Positions 16,573 through 24,345 are shown, counted from the stretch's first letter. The stretch: DNA of 28,898 nucleotides from an uncultured virus (IMG/VR IMGVR_UViG_2837229570_000001) (IMGVR_UViG_2837229570_000001), one strand, 5' to 3'. Notes: a model not told the origin generated them from the sequence alone. Numbers and translations: made by a program.

Positions 16573-16980
16573 ATGGATAAGCTGATGGAATTCCTGATGG
16601 AGCAGGAGGTGCGGGAAAACGAGACCATGGAGGTGGACATCGCCGGGTTCCCCTACCCCTTTGTGGTGCGCGCCACCACCGAGGCCGAAAGTAAATCCAT
16701 TCGAAAGACCTGCCAGAAAGTGACCTTTGACAAAAAGAGCCGTCAAAAGAGTGCGGAGACAGACAGCGACCTCTACAATAGCCGCCTGGTGGCCGCCTGC
16801 TGCGTGTCCCCCAACTTCAAGGACGCCCAGCTCCAGGCCAAGTACGGCGTGGTGGGGGCCGAGGCCCTGATCGACGCAATGCTCAAGCCGGGACAGTTTA
16901 TCGACCTGCTGCTGGCGGTGCAGGAGATCAACGGCTTCTCCAGCGATATGGACGAGCTGAGGGACGAGGCAAAAAACTGA
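16573..16980 (+). CDS. xkdN: Tail assembly chaperone (XkdN-like)
   Basis: VSPNFKDAQLQAKYGV..MLKPG..VQEINGF..EAKN; between tube and tape measure. Confidence 0.88.
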   Translation: MDKLMEFLMEQEVRENETMEVDIAGFPYPFVVRATTEAESKSIRKTCQKVTFDKKSRQKSAETDSDLYNSRLVAACCVSPNFKDAQLQAKYGVVGAEALIDAMLKPGQFIDLLLAVQEINGFSSDMDELRDEAKN

Positions 16981-17150
16981 TCCGGGAGGGCGACAGCGAG
17001 GCGGGATACGCCCACTACGCCCTCCAGCGGTTCCACCTGCTGCCGGGGGCCCTCATGGCGCTGCCGCCCCGGGAGCGGGCTTTTGTGTACGCCTCCATCG
17101 ACCTCCAGCTGGAGCGGGAGAAAAAAGCCCTGCGGCACAGGAAGAAATAG
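16971..17150 (+). CDS. -1 programmed-frameshift extension of the tail chaperone (G/GT type)
   Basis: Slippery A AAA AAC at 16971-16977 before TGA; -1 frame LIREGDSEAGYAHYALQRF..RERAFVYASIDLQLEREKK..* with no RBS of its own. Confidence 0.75.
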   Translation, partial: KKLIREGDSEAGYAHYALQRFHLLPGALMALPPRERAFVYASIDLQLEREKKALRHRKK

Positions 17151-17196
17151 GCGGAAGTCCCGGCCCGGCGGCAAGGCCGCCAGGCCGACAGACCGG

Positions 17197-17225
17197 TGGA
17201 CAGGGCAAAGGTTTTCCAGTATAAT
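17197..17225 (+). promoter_or_regulatory. Cassette promoter 1
   Basis: TGGACA-17-TATAAT. Confidence 0.75.
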
Positions 17226-17266
17226 AAAAAGGAACCCAAAGGAGAAAACTGGAAAGGATGATAGGT

Positions 17267-17485
17267 ATGTTTGGAGAAAAGAAGAAAAAGGAAGAGCCCA
17301 GGTTTGTTGAAACAATGGTTCCCAGTAAAGGCGGTTGTTTTACGCGCATATTGGTAGATACGGAAAATGGAATTCAATATTTATTTGTAGACTCATCGGA
17401 GGGGGGGGGACTCACGGTGATGGTGGACGAGGACGGAAAGCCCCTGATCAACGAGGCGTACAGACGCAAAAAGGAAAAAGAATAA
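17267..17485 (+). CDS. DUF6440-like small protein, copy 1
   Basis: MFGEKK..RF..ILVDTENGIQYL..GGLTVMVDEDGKPL; GGAAAGGA RBS. Confidence 0.8.
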   Translation: MFGEKKKKEEPRFVETMVPSKGGCFTRILVDTENGIQYLFVDSSEGGGLTVMVDEDGKPLINEAYRRKKEKE

Positions 17486-17500
17486 GAATAAGTGGTGCGG

Positions 17501-17531
17501 AAAGCAACTGCCGGGAGGCAGTTGCTTTTTT
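17501..17531 (+). terminator. Intrinsic terminator
   Basis: AAAGCAACTGCC GGGA GGCAGTTGCTTTTTT. Confidence 0.85.
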
Positions 17532-17541
17532 GATGGGCTGG

Positions 17542-17570
17542 TGGACAAGGAGGGGATGTTCCGGTATAAT
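17542..17570 (+). promoter_or_regulatory. Cassette promoter 2
   Basis: TGGACA-17-TATAAT. Confidence 0.75.
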
Positions 17571-17611
17571 GGGGAAGAATCCAAAGGGGAAAACTGGAAA
17601 GGATGATGGGC

Positions 17612-17836
17612 ATGTTTGGAGAAAAGAAGAAAAAGGAAGAGCCCAGGTTTGTTCAGTGTTATTCTGGAGTTGCAAAGGATTTTGGTAATGTAAAAATACT
17701 GGTGGATACGGAAACGGGAGTACAATATTTAATTACATGGAGTACGGAGGAGGCAAGTGGATGCGGCGTGCTTGTGGACCAGGACGGAAAACCCCTGATC
17801 AACGAGGCGTACAGACGCAAAAAGGAAAAAGAATAA
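17612..17836 (+). CDS. DUF6440-like small protein, copy 2
   Basis: MFGEKK..ILVDTETGVQYL..VLVDQDGKPL. Confidence 0.8.
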   Translation: MFGEKKKKEEPRFVQCYSGVAKDFGNVKILVDTETGVQYLITWSTEEASGCGVLVDQDGKPLINEAYRRKKEKE

Positions 17837-17850
17837 GAATAAGTGGTGCG

Positions 17851-17882
17851 AAAAGCAACTGCCGGAAGGCGGTTGCTTTTTT
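17851..17882 (+). terminator. Intrinsic terminator
   Basis: AAAAGCAACTGCC GGAA GGCGGTTGCTTTTTT. Confidence 0.85.
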
Positions 17883-17897
17883 ATGGAGGTGAAAGCA

Positions 17898-19367
17898 TTG
17901 ACAGCGGAACAGACACTGAAATTTTATGATCAACAGCTTGCGGCGGCGGACAGCATGAACCGTGCGATGGAACAGATGACAAACGCCGTGGAGCGGGTGG
18001 GAGCCGCAATCCAAGCGGCGGCAGACCGGATGGGACTGCTCCAGACATCGACAGAAAAAACAACACAGAAGGCGACCAATTTAAAATCGCCTTTTGACTC
18101 CATGGTCAAGACAATGAGTTCAAAAGCGCAAGAAGGCATCTCTAAGTTAAAAACACTCTTAAATCCCAAAACTTTGTTAAGCGGCAAAAGCCTTCTTTGG
18201 CCCCTCGCCATTGACATCGGCTGGCAGCTTTTCGGCAACGACATTATCAACATTCTCACTCCGGCATTGACGGTGCTGGAGTCCTTTGCCGGGGTGGTAC
18301 GGGGCGTGCTGGGGACGGTGGCCCCTCTTTTTGCCCCCGTTGTGGGGGTGCTGGAGCGGATGGCCGCCGCCCTGGACTGGGTGGCGGCCAATATGGACGC
18401 GCTGGCCCCCGTGATTGGGGGCGCGGCGGCAGCACTGATGGTCTTTAACGCAAAACTGATTGCCGGAACAATCGCGTCCTGGGCCCATACGGCGGCCACG
18501 GCAATTTCGAGCGTGACGCAAAAGGTATTTAACACATCGCTGCTGGCCTGCCCGCTCACCTGGATCGCGCTGGCTATCGGTGTGGTCATTGGACTGCTCT
18601 ACCGTTGGATCCAGTCTGTGGGAGGGATCCGCACTGCATGGGCGATCGTGGTGGATGAGGTGAGCTATTTCCTGGATAAGATGGATCTGGGCTTTATGCG
18701 CACTTTTTATGGTATCCTCGATTATATGGGGGATTTTAAGGTCGGATTTTTGACTGGATTACAGGATGTGGTAAACGGCGGCATCGACCTCCTCAACAAG
18801 CTGATCGAAAACGTCAACAAACTGCCGGGAATCGCGATTCCCCTGATTGAACAGGTTACCTTTGGCGCAGAGGCCGCTTTAAAGAATGAGGAGGCAAAGC
18901 GGGCGCGAGCCGAGACAATGGCAAAATGGGAGACAGAGGCAGAGGAAAACCACCGCCTGCGACAGATGAGGATCAATGAAATGAAAAGTAAAAGCGCAGA
19001 AGAGGCCGGAGAAAGCGCATTGTCTGCGGGAACCGACCCGGGCGCTGCCGCAGAACAGCCCAACGAGATGGAGGTCATATATGGAGGAATGGATCCGGAC
19101 ACATACGGCGTGGGCGGCGGTCTGAATGTAAACCATGTGGAGAGCCTGGGGCGCGTGGAAAACGAGGTGAGCGTGGCAAAGGAGGACCTGGACCTGATGC
19201 GGGACGTGGCGGAGATGCGCTTCTTGCAGAATTTCGTCAGCCTGACGCCCACGGTGACGCTGAACGCCAGGGTGGACCGACAGGTGGACGTGGACGCGAT
19301 GCTGCGGACCATAGAGCGCAAGTTGGAGGAGGAGATCCTGATGTCGGCGGAGGGAGCCTATCTGTAA
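17898..19367 (+). CDS. Tape measure protein B (489 aa, canonical position)
   Basis: Between chaperone and LysM gene; helical with TM-like segments (ACPLTWIALAIGVVIGLLY); C-terminal EDLDLMRDVAE..TPTV..AEGAY; TTG after GGAGGTG. Confidence 0.85.
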   Translation: MTAEQTLKFYDQQLAAADSMNRAMEQMTNAVERVGAAIQAAADRMGLLQTSTEKTTQKATNLKSPFDSMVKTMSSKAQEGISKLKTLLNPKTLLSGKSLLWPLAIDIGWQLFGNDIINILTPALTVLESFAGVVRGVLGTVAPLFAPVVGVLERMAAALDWVAANMDALAPVIGGAAAALMVFNAKLIAGTIASWAHTAATAISSVTQKVFNTSLLACPLTWIALAIGVVIGLLYRWIQSVGGIRTAWAIVVDEVSYFLDKMDLGFMRTFYGILDYMGDFKVGFLTGLQDVVNGGIDLLNKLIENVNKLPGIAIPLIEQVTFGAEAALKNEEAKRARAETMAKWETEAEENHRLRQMRINEMKSKSAEEAGESALSAGTDPGAAAEQPNEMEVIYGGMDPDTYGVGGGLNVNHVESLGRVENEVSVAKEDLDLMRDVAEMRFLQNFVSLTPTVTLNARVDRQVDVDAMLRTIERKLEEEILMSAEGAYL

Positions 19368-19380
19368 GACGCCGGGCCGG

Positions 19381-19461
19381 TGGACAAAAGAGAACCTTTT
19401 CAGCGTCATGGAGAAAAGAAGCCCAAGCGAAAAAGCAACTGCCGGGAGGCGGTTGCTTTTT
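19381..19461 (+). pseudogene. Collapsed (empty) DUF6440 cassette: decayed promoter, GEKK remnant, terminator
   Basis: TGGACA-17-CGTCAT, GGAGAAAAGAAG, then the AAAAGCAACTGCC hairpin terminator at 19431-19461. Confidence 0.65.
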
Positions 19462-19484
19462 CTATCAAAAAATGAGGTGAGAGA

Positions 19485-19586
19485 ATGGAAATGGAAGAGG
19501 CGCTGCAGAGATATGACCGGCGGGTCCACAGGACCCGCCAATGGGACAGAGCGGCGAATGCGGCGGCGAAGGGGGCGCGCCGATGA
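19485..19586 (+). pseudogene. 33-aa remnant of another tape-measure paralog, coupled to the LysM gene
   Basis: MEMEEALQRYDRRV aligns with MNAAETLTQYERQL (TMP C); same AAAAAATGAGGTGA leader; ATGA overlap. Confidence 0.55.
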
Positions 19587-20227
19587 ACCGATACAGAATG
19601 TATCTCATTATGGGCAGCCTGGAGCTGCCCTTGCAGGTGCTGCCGGAAAAGCTCGCGGTGCGCGCCGCGGGCCGGAACGAGACGGCGGAGGTGCTGGAGC
19701 TGGGTGAGGTCCTGCTCCTGCGGGGCAGGGGACTGCGCAAGGTGGAGTGGGAGGGGCTCCTCCCCGCGTGGAAGCTCCCCTGCATGGACGGACAGCCGCT
19801 GACGCCCATTCTGGCGGTGCGGTATATCCAGCGCTACCGGGACAAAAAAGAGCCGGTGTACCTCCGGCTGGAGGGGACGGACCTGGACCTGGACGTGCCC
19901 TTCGGCATCGAGGATTTCAGCTATGAGGAGCGGGGCGGGGAGCCCGGCGACCTCTATTACTCCATCCAGCTCACCGAATGGCGGAGCTACGCCCCCAGCC
20001 GCGTCACCCTGCCCGAGGGGGAGGTCCGGGAGGCGGACCGGGCCGGCGCGCCAGAGGACGCCGGGAGCGGCAGCTATACGGTGGTCCCGGGGGACAGCCT
20101 GTGGGCCATCGCCCGGCGGTTTTACGGAGACGGGACCCAGTGGCGGAAGCTCTACGAAGCCAACCGGGCCGTGGTGGGGGCCAACCCCAATCTCATCTAT
20201 CCGGGGCAGGTGTTGACGATACCATGA
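19583..20227 (+). CDS. xkdP: XkdP-like LysM baseplate/tube initiator protein
   Basis: LPLQVLPEKL..GDLYYSIQLTEWR; LysM YTVVPGDSLWAIARRFYG..NPNLIYPGQVLTIP. Confidence 0.9.
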   Translation: MNRYRMYLIMGSLELPLQVLPEKLAVRAAGRNETAEVLELGEVLLLRGRGLRKVEWEGLLPAWKLPCMDGQPLTPILAVRYIQRYRDKKEPVYLRLEGTDLDLDVPFGIEDFSYEERGGEPGDLYYSIQLTEWRSYAPSRVTLPEGEVREADRAGAPEDAGSGSYTVVPGDSLWAIARRFYGDGTQWRKLYEANRAVVGANPNLIYPGQVLTIP

Positions 20228-21174
20228 GTTTATCAGTGCTTTACCGGGCGCCGGGGGAGGAGGAGGCCTGGGACGTGACGACCCTGGTCACGGCCTGTAC
20301 CTGGACCACCAAGCGCACGGGTTCCCCCGCCGCCCTGGAGCTGACGGTGCTGCGCAGCGAGACGGCGTGGGTCTGCGGCGGCATGGTGGCGGCCCGGCGG
20401 GACGGGGAGACCTTTTTCCAGGGCTATGTGTTCAAGGTCAGCTCCGGCGAGGGGGAGGAGCTGAACCTCACCGTCTATGACCAGCTCCGCTACCTGAAAT
20501 ACAAGGAGAGCTACGTCTTTGAGGGCCAGCGGGCGGACCAGATCCTGGCCCAGATCGCCGCCGACTTCAAGCTGAAGACCGGGGACCTGCCCAACACCGG
20601 CTACGTTATTCCCCGGCTGGTGGAGGACGGGACCAGCCTCCTGGACATCATCCTGAGGGCCCTGGACCTGACCCTGGTCCACGGCGGGCAGATGTTCTAT
20701 CTGTGGGATGACTGCGGCGCGCTGCGCCTGGGGGAGGTGACGGGCGAGGGGGACCTGCCCGTGATCGGGGACGGGAGCCTAGCCACCGGCTACACCTACG
20801 ATGTGGATATCGACGGTGAGACCTACAACCAGATCAAGCTGGTCCAGGGGGACGGGGAGGAGGGAAACCGCAAGAGCGTGATGCGGCACGACCCGGAGAC
20901 CCAGGCGCTGTGGGGCATCCTGCAGGACTATCAGCAGGTGGACGGGGAGATGAACGAGGCCCAGATGCGCCAGGAGGCCGAACGGAGGCTGGAGCTGTAC
21001 AACCGGCCTGCCAGGACCCTGGAGCTCCGGGCCCTGGCGCTGCCGGAGGTGCGGGCGGGAAAGACGGTATACATCCGCATCGGCCGGGAGGGGCTGGAGC
21101 AGCCCTTCCTGGTGGAGGAGGCCCGCCACGACCTGATGGCGGAGACCATGAATTTGAAAGTGAAGGTGATTTGA
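20224..21174 (+). CDS. xkdQ: XkdQ/YqbQ-like baseplate hub protein
   Basis: YDQLRYLKYKESY..NTGYVIP..LWDDCGAL..TYNQIKL..WGILQ. Confidence 0.88.
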   Translation: MSLSVLYRAPGEEEAWDVTTLVTACTWTTKRTGSPAALELTVLRSETAWVCGGMVAARRDGETFFQGYVFKVSSGEGEELNLTVYDQLRYLKYKESYVFEGQRADQILAQIAADFKLKTGDLPNTGYVIPRLVEDGTSLLDIILRALDLTLVHGGQMFYLWDDCGALRLGEVTGEGDLPVIGDGSLATGYTYDVDIDGETYNQIKLVQGDGEEGNRKSVMRHDPETQALWGILQDYQQVDGEMNEAQMRQEAERRLELYNRPARTLELRALALPEVRAGKTVYIRIGREGLEQPFLVEEARHDLMAETMNLKVKVI

Positions 21175-21417
21175 ATGCTGGAACAGATCAAAAAAATCGC
21201 GCGGCAGAGCGACGAGTGCGCCGCGCCGGCCATGGTGCTCTACGGCACGGTGACCGGGCTGGACCCCCTGCGGGTGCGGGTGGACAACCGCTTCGAGCTG
21301 GGGGAGCGGGCCCTCACCCTGCTGCGGGGGACCCGTGAGAGCCTGGAAGCGGGGGACGGCCTGGCCCTCCTCCGCAACCGGGGCGGACAGGAATTCCTGG
21401 TACTGGGGAGGCTGTGA
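21175..21417 (+). CDS. XkdR/DUF2577-like spike protein (short)
   Basis: GTVTGLDPLRVRVD..LEAGD..LLRNRGGQEFLVL. Confidence 0.78.
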   Translation: MLEQIKKIARQSDECAAPAMVLYGTVTGLDPLRVRVDNRFELGERALTLLRGTRESLEAGDGLALLRNRGGQEFLVLGRL

Positions 21418-21845
21418 GCGTGCTGCCGACACAGGGAGGAATCCTCTTGCAGGGGGGCACACCCCTGGTGCCCGCCGCGCAGCGGCCCAGCCGGACCTAC
21501 CGGGCGGACTTCGCCGCCGGGCGCATCGACGGCTTTACCGACGGGCGGGAGGCCATGGAGCAGGCCATCTATCAGATCCTGCACACCGAGCGCTTCGCCT
21601 GGCCCATCTACTCCTGGAATTACGGCGCGGAGCTGGGCCGGCTCACCGGCCGCAGCGTCCGGGTGGCCCAGGGCGAGCTGCCCCGCCTCCTGCGGGAGGC
21701 CCTCACCCAGGACGCCCGCATCACCGGCGTCCGGGACGTTACCGTGACCCAGTCCGGGAAACGGGAGGCGCTGGTGCACTTTACCGCCGAGACCGTGTTC
21801 GGCGACGTGGATGCGGCGGCCCCCCTCCGGCTGGGAACGGTCTGA
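21414..21845 (+). CDS. xkdS: XkdS/DUF2634-like baseplate protein
   Basis: EAMEQAIYQILHTERF..IYSWNYGAEL..EALTQDARI..TVFGD. Confidence 0.88.
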   Translation: MSVLPTQGGILLQGGTPLVPAAQRPSRTYRADFAAGRIDGFTDGREAMEQAIYQILHTERFAWPIYSWNYGAELGRLTGRSVRVAQGELPRLLREALTQDARITGVRDVTVTQSGKREALVHFTAETVFGDVDAAAPLRLGTV

Positions 21846-21884
21846 GGGAGCGCCGCGGAGATCACGCCCGGGGAATGTGGGGAA

Positions 21885-21913
21885 TGGACAGGACGGGCCG
21901 GGTCTGGTATCAT
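21885..21913 (+). promoter_or_regulatory. Cassette promoter 3
   Basis: TGGACA-17-TATCAT with TGn. Confidence 0.7.
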
Positions 21914-21952
21914 GGAGGGGACCCGAGGGAAATATGGAAAGGAGAGGATACC

Positions 21953-22171
21953 ATGTTTGGAGAAAAGAAGGAAAAAAGGTTTGTAAGGACGGTGCATGAG
22001 ATAGCAGATAAGGGGTCTGTCGGAGGGATCTTCGTGTATGCGGACACCGAGACCGGAGTGCAGTACATACATATCGTGGGAGATGGCAGAGGGGGCCTGA
22101 CGGTGCTGGTGGACCGGGAGGGCAAGCCCCTGCTGCGGGAGGACCTGATCAAGAAGCCATCCGAACCATAA
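21953..22171 (+). CDS. DUF6440-like small protein, copy 3 (72 aa)
   Basis: MFGEKKEKRF..YADTETGVQYI..GGLTVLVDREGKPL. Confidence 0.8.
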   Translation: MFGEKKEKRFVRTVHEIADKGSVGGIFVYADTETGVQYIHIVGDGRGGLTVLVDREGKPLLREDLIKKPSEP

Positions 22172-22183
22172 CAGAGGACAAGA

Positions 22184-22221
22184 GCAAAAAGGCAGCCGCC
22201 GGAAGGAGGCTGCCTTTTTGC
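22184..22221 (+). terminator. Intrinsic terminator
   Basis: GCAAAAAGGCAGCC..GGCTGCCTTTTTGC. Confidence 0.8.
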
Positions 22222-22321
22222 AGGAAAGAAAGCATGAGGTGAAAAAATGAACGCGGTCCCCCTCCGGCTGGGAACGGTCTGAGGGAGCGCCGCGGAGATC
22301 ACGCCCGGGGAATGTGGGGAA

Positions 22322-22350
22322 TGGACAGGACGGGTCGGGTTTGGTATCAT
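22322..22350 (+). promoter_or_regulatory. Cassette promoter 4
   Basis: TGGACA-17-TATCAT with TGn. Confidence 0.7.
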
Positions 22351-22389
22351 GGAGGGGACCCAAGGGAAATATGGAAAGGAGACGATACC

Positions 22390-22599
22390 ATGTTTGGAGA
22401 AAAGAAGGAAAACAGGTTTGTGAAACTCTCAATAGAAGGGGTAAAAGATGTGGCGTGCATGCAAGTAGTGGTGGATACATGGACTGGTATTCAATATCTG
22501 TTTGCAGAGTCATTTGGAAATGCGGGCGGCCTGACGGCACTTTTGGATGAGGATGGGAAGCCCCTGATCTGTGAGGAGTATCGGCGCAAAAAGGAGTAA
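22390..22599 (+). CDS. DUF6440-like small protein, copy 4 (69 aa)
   Basis: MFGEKKENRF..VVDTWTGIQYL..GGLTALLDEDGKPL. Confidence 0.8.
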   Translation: MFGEKKENRFVKLSIEGVKDVACMQVVVDTWTGIQYLFAESFGNAGGLTALLDEDGKPLICEEYRRKKE

Positions 22600-22621
22600 G
22601 CCGGAGAAAGGAGAGCGGACC

Positions 22622-22827
22622 ATGTTTGGAGAAAAAAGGAGTCAAGGTTTGTAACAATACTAAGCGAGTCGGCAAAGGGGGGTGGGATAGCCCGAGTTAT
22701 GGTAGATACGGAAACAGGAATACAATACTTATTTGTATATGCCTTAGAAGCAGGTGGTCTCACGATACTTGCGGATGAGGACGGGAAGCCCCCCATTAAC
22801 GAGGAGTATAGACGTAAAAAAGACTGA
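22622..22827 (+). pseudogene. DUF6440-like copy 5, frameshifted by one base in an A6 run
   Basis: ATGTTTGGAGAAAAAAGG stops after 10 codons; -1 frame gives KESRFVTILSES..MVDTETGIQYL..GGLTILADEDGKP..RKKD*; span 206 nt. Confidence 0.8.
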
Positions 22828-22833
22828 ACAATT

Positions 22834-22868
22834 AAAAAGCAACCGCCTTCCGAGGCGGTTGCTTTTTT
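22834..22868 (+). terminator. Intrinsic terminator
   Basis: AAAAAGCAACCGCCT..AGGCGGTTGCTTTTTT. Confidence 0.85.
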
Positions 22869-22895
22869 ACTGGAAAAAATGAGGTGAAAGAGAAT

Positions 22896-24296
22896 ATGAA
22901 CGCAGCGGAAACACTGACGCAGTATGAGCGGCAGCTTGCGGTGCTGGACCGGATGGAGCGGATCCTGGGGCGAATGACGGCGGCGGCGGACCAGATGGCC
23001 GGGGCCGTCCAGAGGGCGGCGGACCGGATGGGGGAGCTGCTGGCCTCCACCCAGAAGACGGCGGCGCAGTCGGTGAACCTGAAGGCGCCCTTTGACGGCG
23101 CGGCGCAGTCCATAGCAGGGGCCATGGTAAAGGGATTGGACCAATTTGAAAACAACCTAACCCCCCAGGGCCTGGTCCTCTCCCTGGCCGTCAACCTGGG
23201 CTGGAAGCTCTTCGGCGACGACATCATGAGCGTTCTCAATCCGGCCATGACGGTGCTGGAGTCCTTCGCGGGGATGGTACACAGCACCCTGGGGGCGCTG
23301 GCCCCCTTCTTCACGCCGGTGGTGTGGGCAGTGGAGCTGCTGGCCCAGGGCATCGACTGGATGGCGGCAAAAATGAATACGCTGATGCCCATTATTCTGG
23401 GTCTGGCGACGGCCATGGCCATTTTCCACAAGGCGACCATTGCCAGCGCGATGGCAACAAAAATCCATGCGGCGGGCACGGTTCTGCACACGGTGGTTAC
23501 CAAGGCCCATACGGTGGCCACCAATGGGTTGAAACTGGCCCAGGCGGCCCTCGACATGGTGCTCAGCACATCCCCTCTGGGGCTGATTGCCCGGCTGGCG
23601 GGCGTCGCGGTGGGAATATTCGCGGCGTGGACCATGCGGGTGGGAGGACTGAAGAACGCCATCGGTATTTTGTTCAAAGGCATTATCGGCGGCATCAACT
23701 GGGTGCTGGAGCTGCTGAACAAGATACCGGGGGTGAATATCCCCATGATCGCCAGCCTAGAGATCGAAAAGGGACCGGCGGCCCAGGCGGAGGCGGAAGC
23801 GACCACGACGGCGGCTTTGGGGGCGGCGGAGAGCCCGGTGTTCCCGACACCGGAGGACCCCTATGCCGCTGTCATTCCGCCGGACCTGGCGAACAAGAAC
23901 GCCCCCCTGGACTACGGCGCGATGCTGGCGGAGCAATCCCCCCTCTCGTACGGCATGGACAACTACGTCACAGCGAGGTGGGGAGAGGACGCCGCGACCG
24001 GGGCCTTTTCCAACGGGTACCAGACCCTGGCGGACTCGCTGAAGCTGGTGGAGACCGTGGAGCGGGTCCAGGCGGTGGAGCTGCTGGAGAGCGAGGTGAG
24101 CCTGTCGGAGGAGGACAGGGAGGCGCTGCTGGGCGCCATCACACAGCGCCCGGTGTCCAGGGTCCTCAACCTCTCCCCCACCGTGCACCTCACCGCCTAT
24201 GTGCGCAGCGAGCCGGACCTCTATCAGCTCAAGAACATGATCGAGCAGGTGCTGGAGGAGGAGATCTGCGCCTGCGCGGAGGGGGAGCACCTGTGA
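22896..24296 (+). CDS. Tape measure protein C (466 aa), paralog of B, inserted between xkdS and baseplate J
   Basis: Shares AADRMG, NLK.PFD, GW.LFG.DI, TVLESFAG, PTV.L.A.V, LEEEI..AEG with B. Confidence 0.82.
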   Translation: MNAAETLTQYERQLAVLDRMERILGRMTAAADQMAGAVQRAADRMGELLASTQKTAAQSVNLKAPFDGAAQSIAGAMVKGLDQFENNLTPQGLVLSLAVNLGWKLFGDDIMSVLNPAMTVLESFAGMVHSTLGALAPFFTPVVWAVELLAQGIDWMAAKMNTLMPIILGLATAMAIFHKATIASAMATKIHAAGTVLHTVVTKAHTVATNGLKLAQAALDMVLSTSPLGLIARLAGVAVGIFAAWTMRVGGLKNAIGILFKGIIGGINWVLELLNKIPGVNIPMIASLEIEKGPAAQAEAEATTTAALGAAESPVFPTPEDPYAAVIPPDLANKNAPLDYGAMLAEQSPLSYGMDNYVTARWGEDAATGAFSNGYQTLADSLKLVETVERVQAVELLESEVSLSEEDREALLGAITQRPVSRVLNLSPTVHLTAYVRSEPDLYQLKNMIEQVLEEEICACAEGEHL

Positions 24297-24314
24297 GCAT
24301 TTCCATTGGGAAGG

Positions 24315-24345
24315 AAGCGGCATCCCGCAGGGGGGCTGCTTTTTT
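24315..24345 (+). terminator. Probable intrinsic terminator
   Basis: Imperfect GC stem followed by a T-run. Confidence 0.55.

Larger units (their letters stand above)
21822..22412. repeat. ~155-bp near-identical direct repeat (xkdS 3' end, promoter, DUF6440 5' end) at ~21822-21975 and ~22258-22412
   Basis: CCCCTCCGGCTGGGAACGGTCTGAGGGAGCGCC..ATGTTTGGAGAAAAGAAGGAAAA twice. Confidence 0.9.

Noticed and set aside
17267..22827. Diversity-generating retroelement explaining DUF6440 or RBP variation
   Set aside because: No reverse transcriptase or Avd-like gene; differences include indels and all bases rather than adenine-specific changes; no TR/VR pair seen
17197..22868. Integron cassette array
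   Set aside because: No integron integrase or attC structure; cassettes have their own promoters and show tandem-duplication junctions
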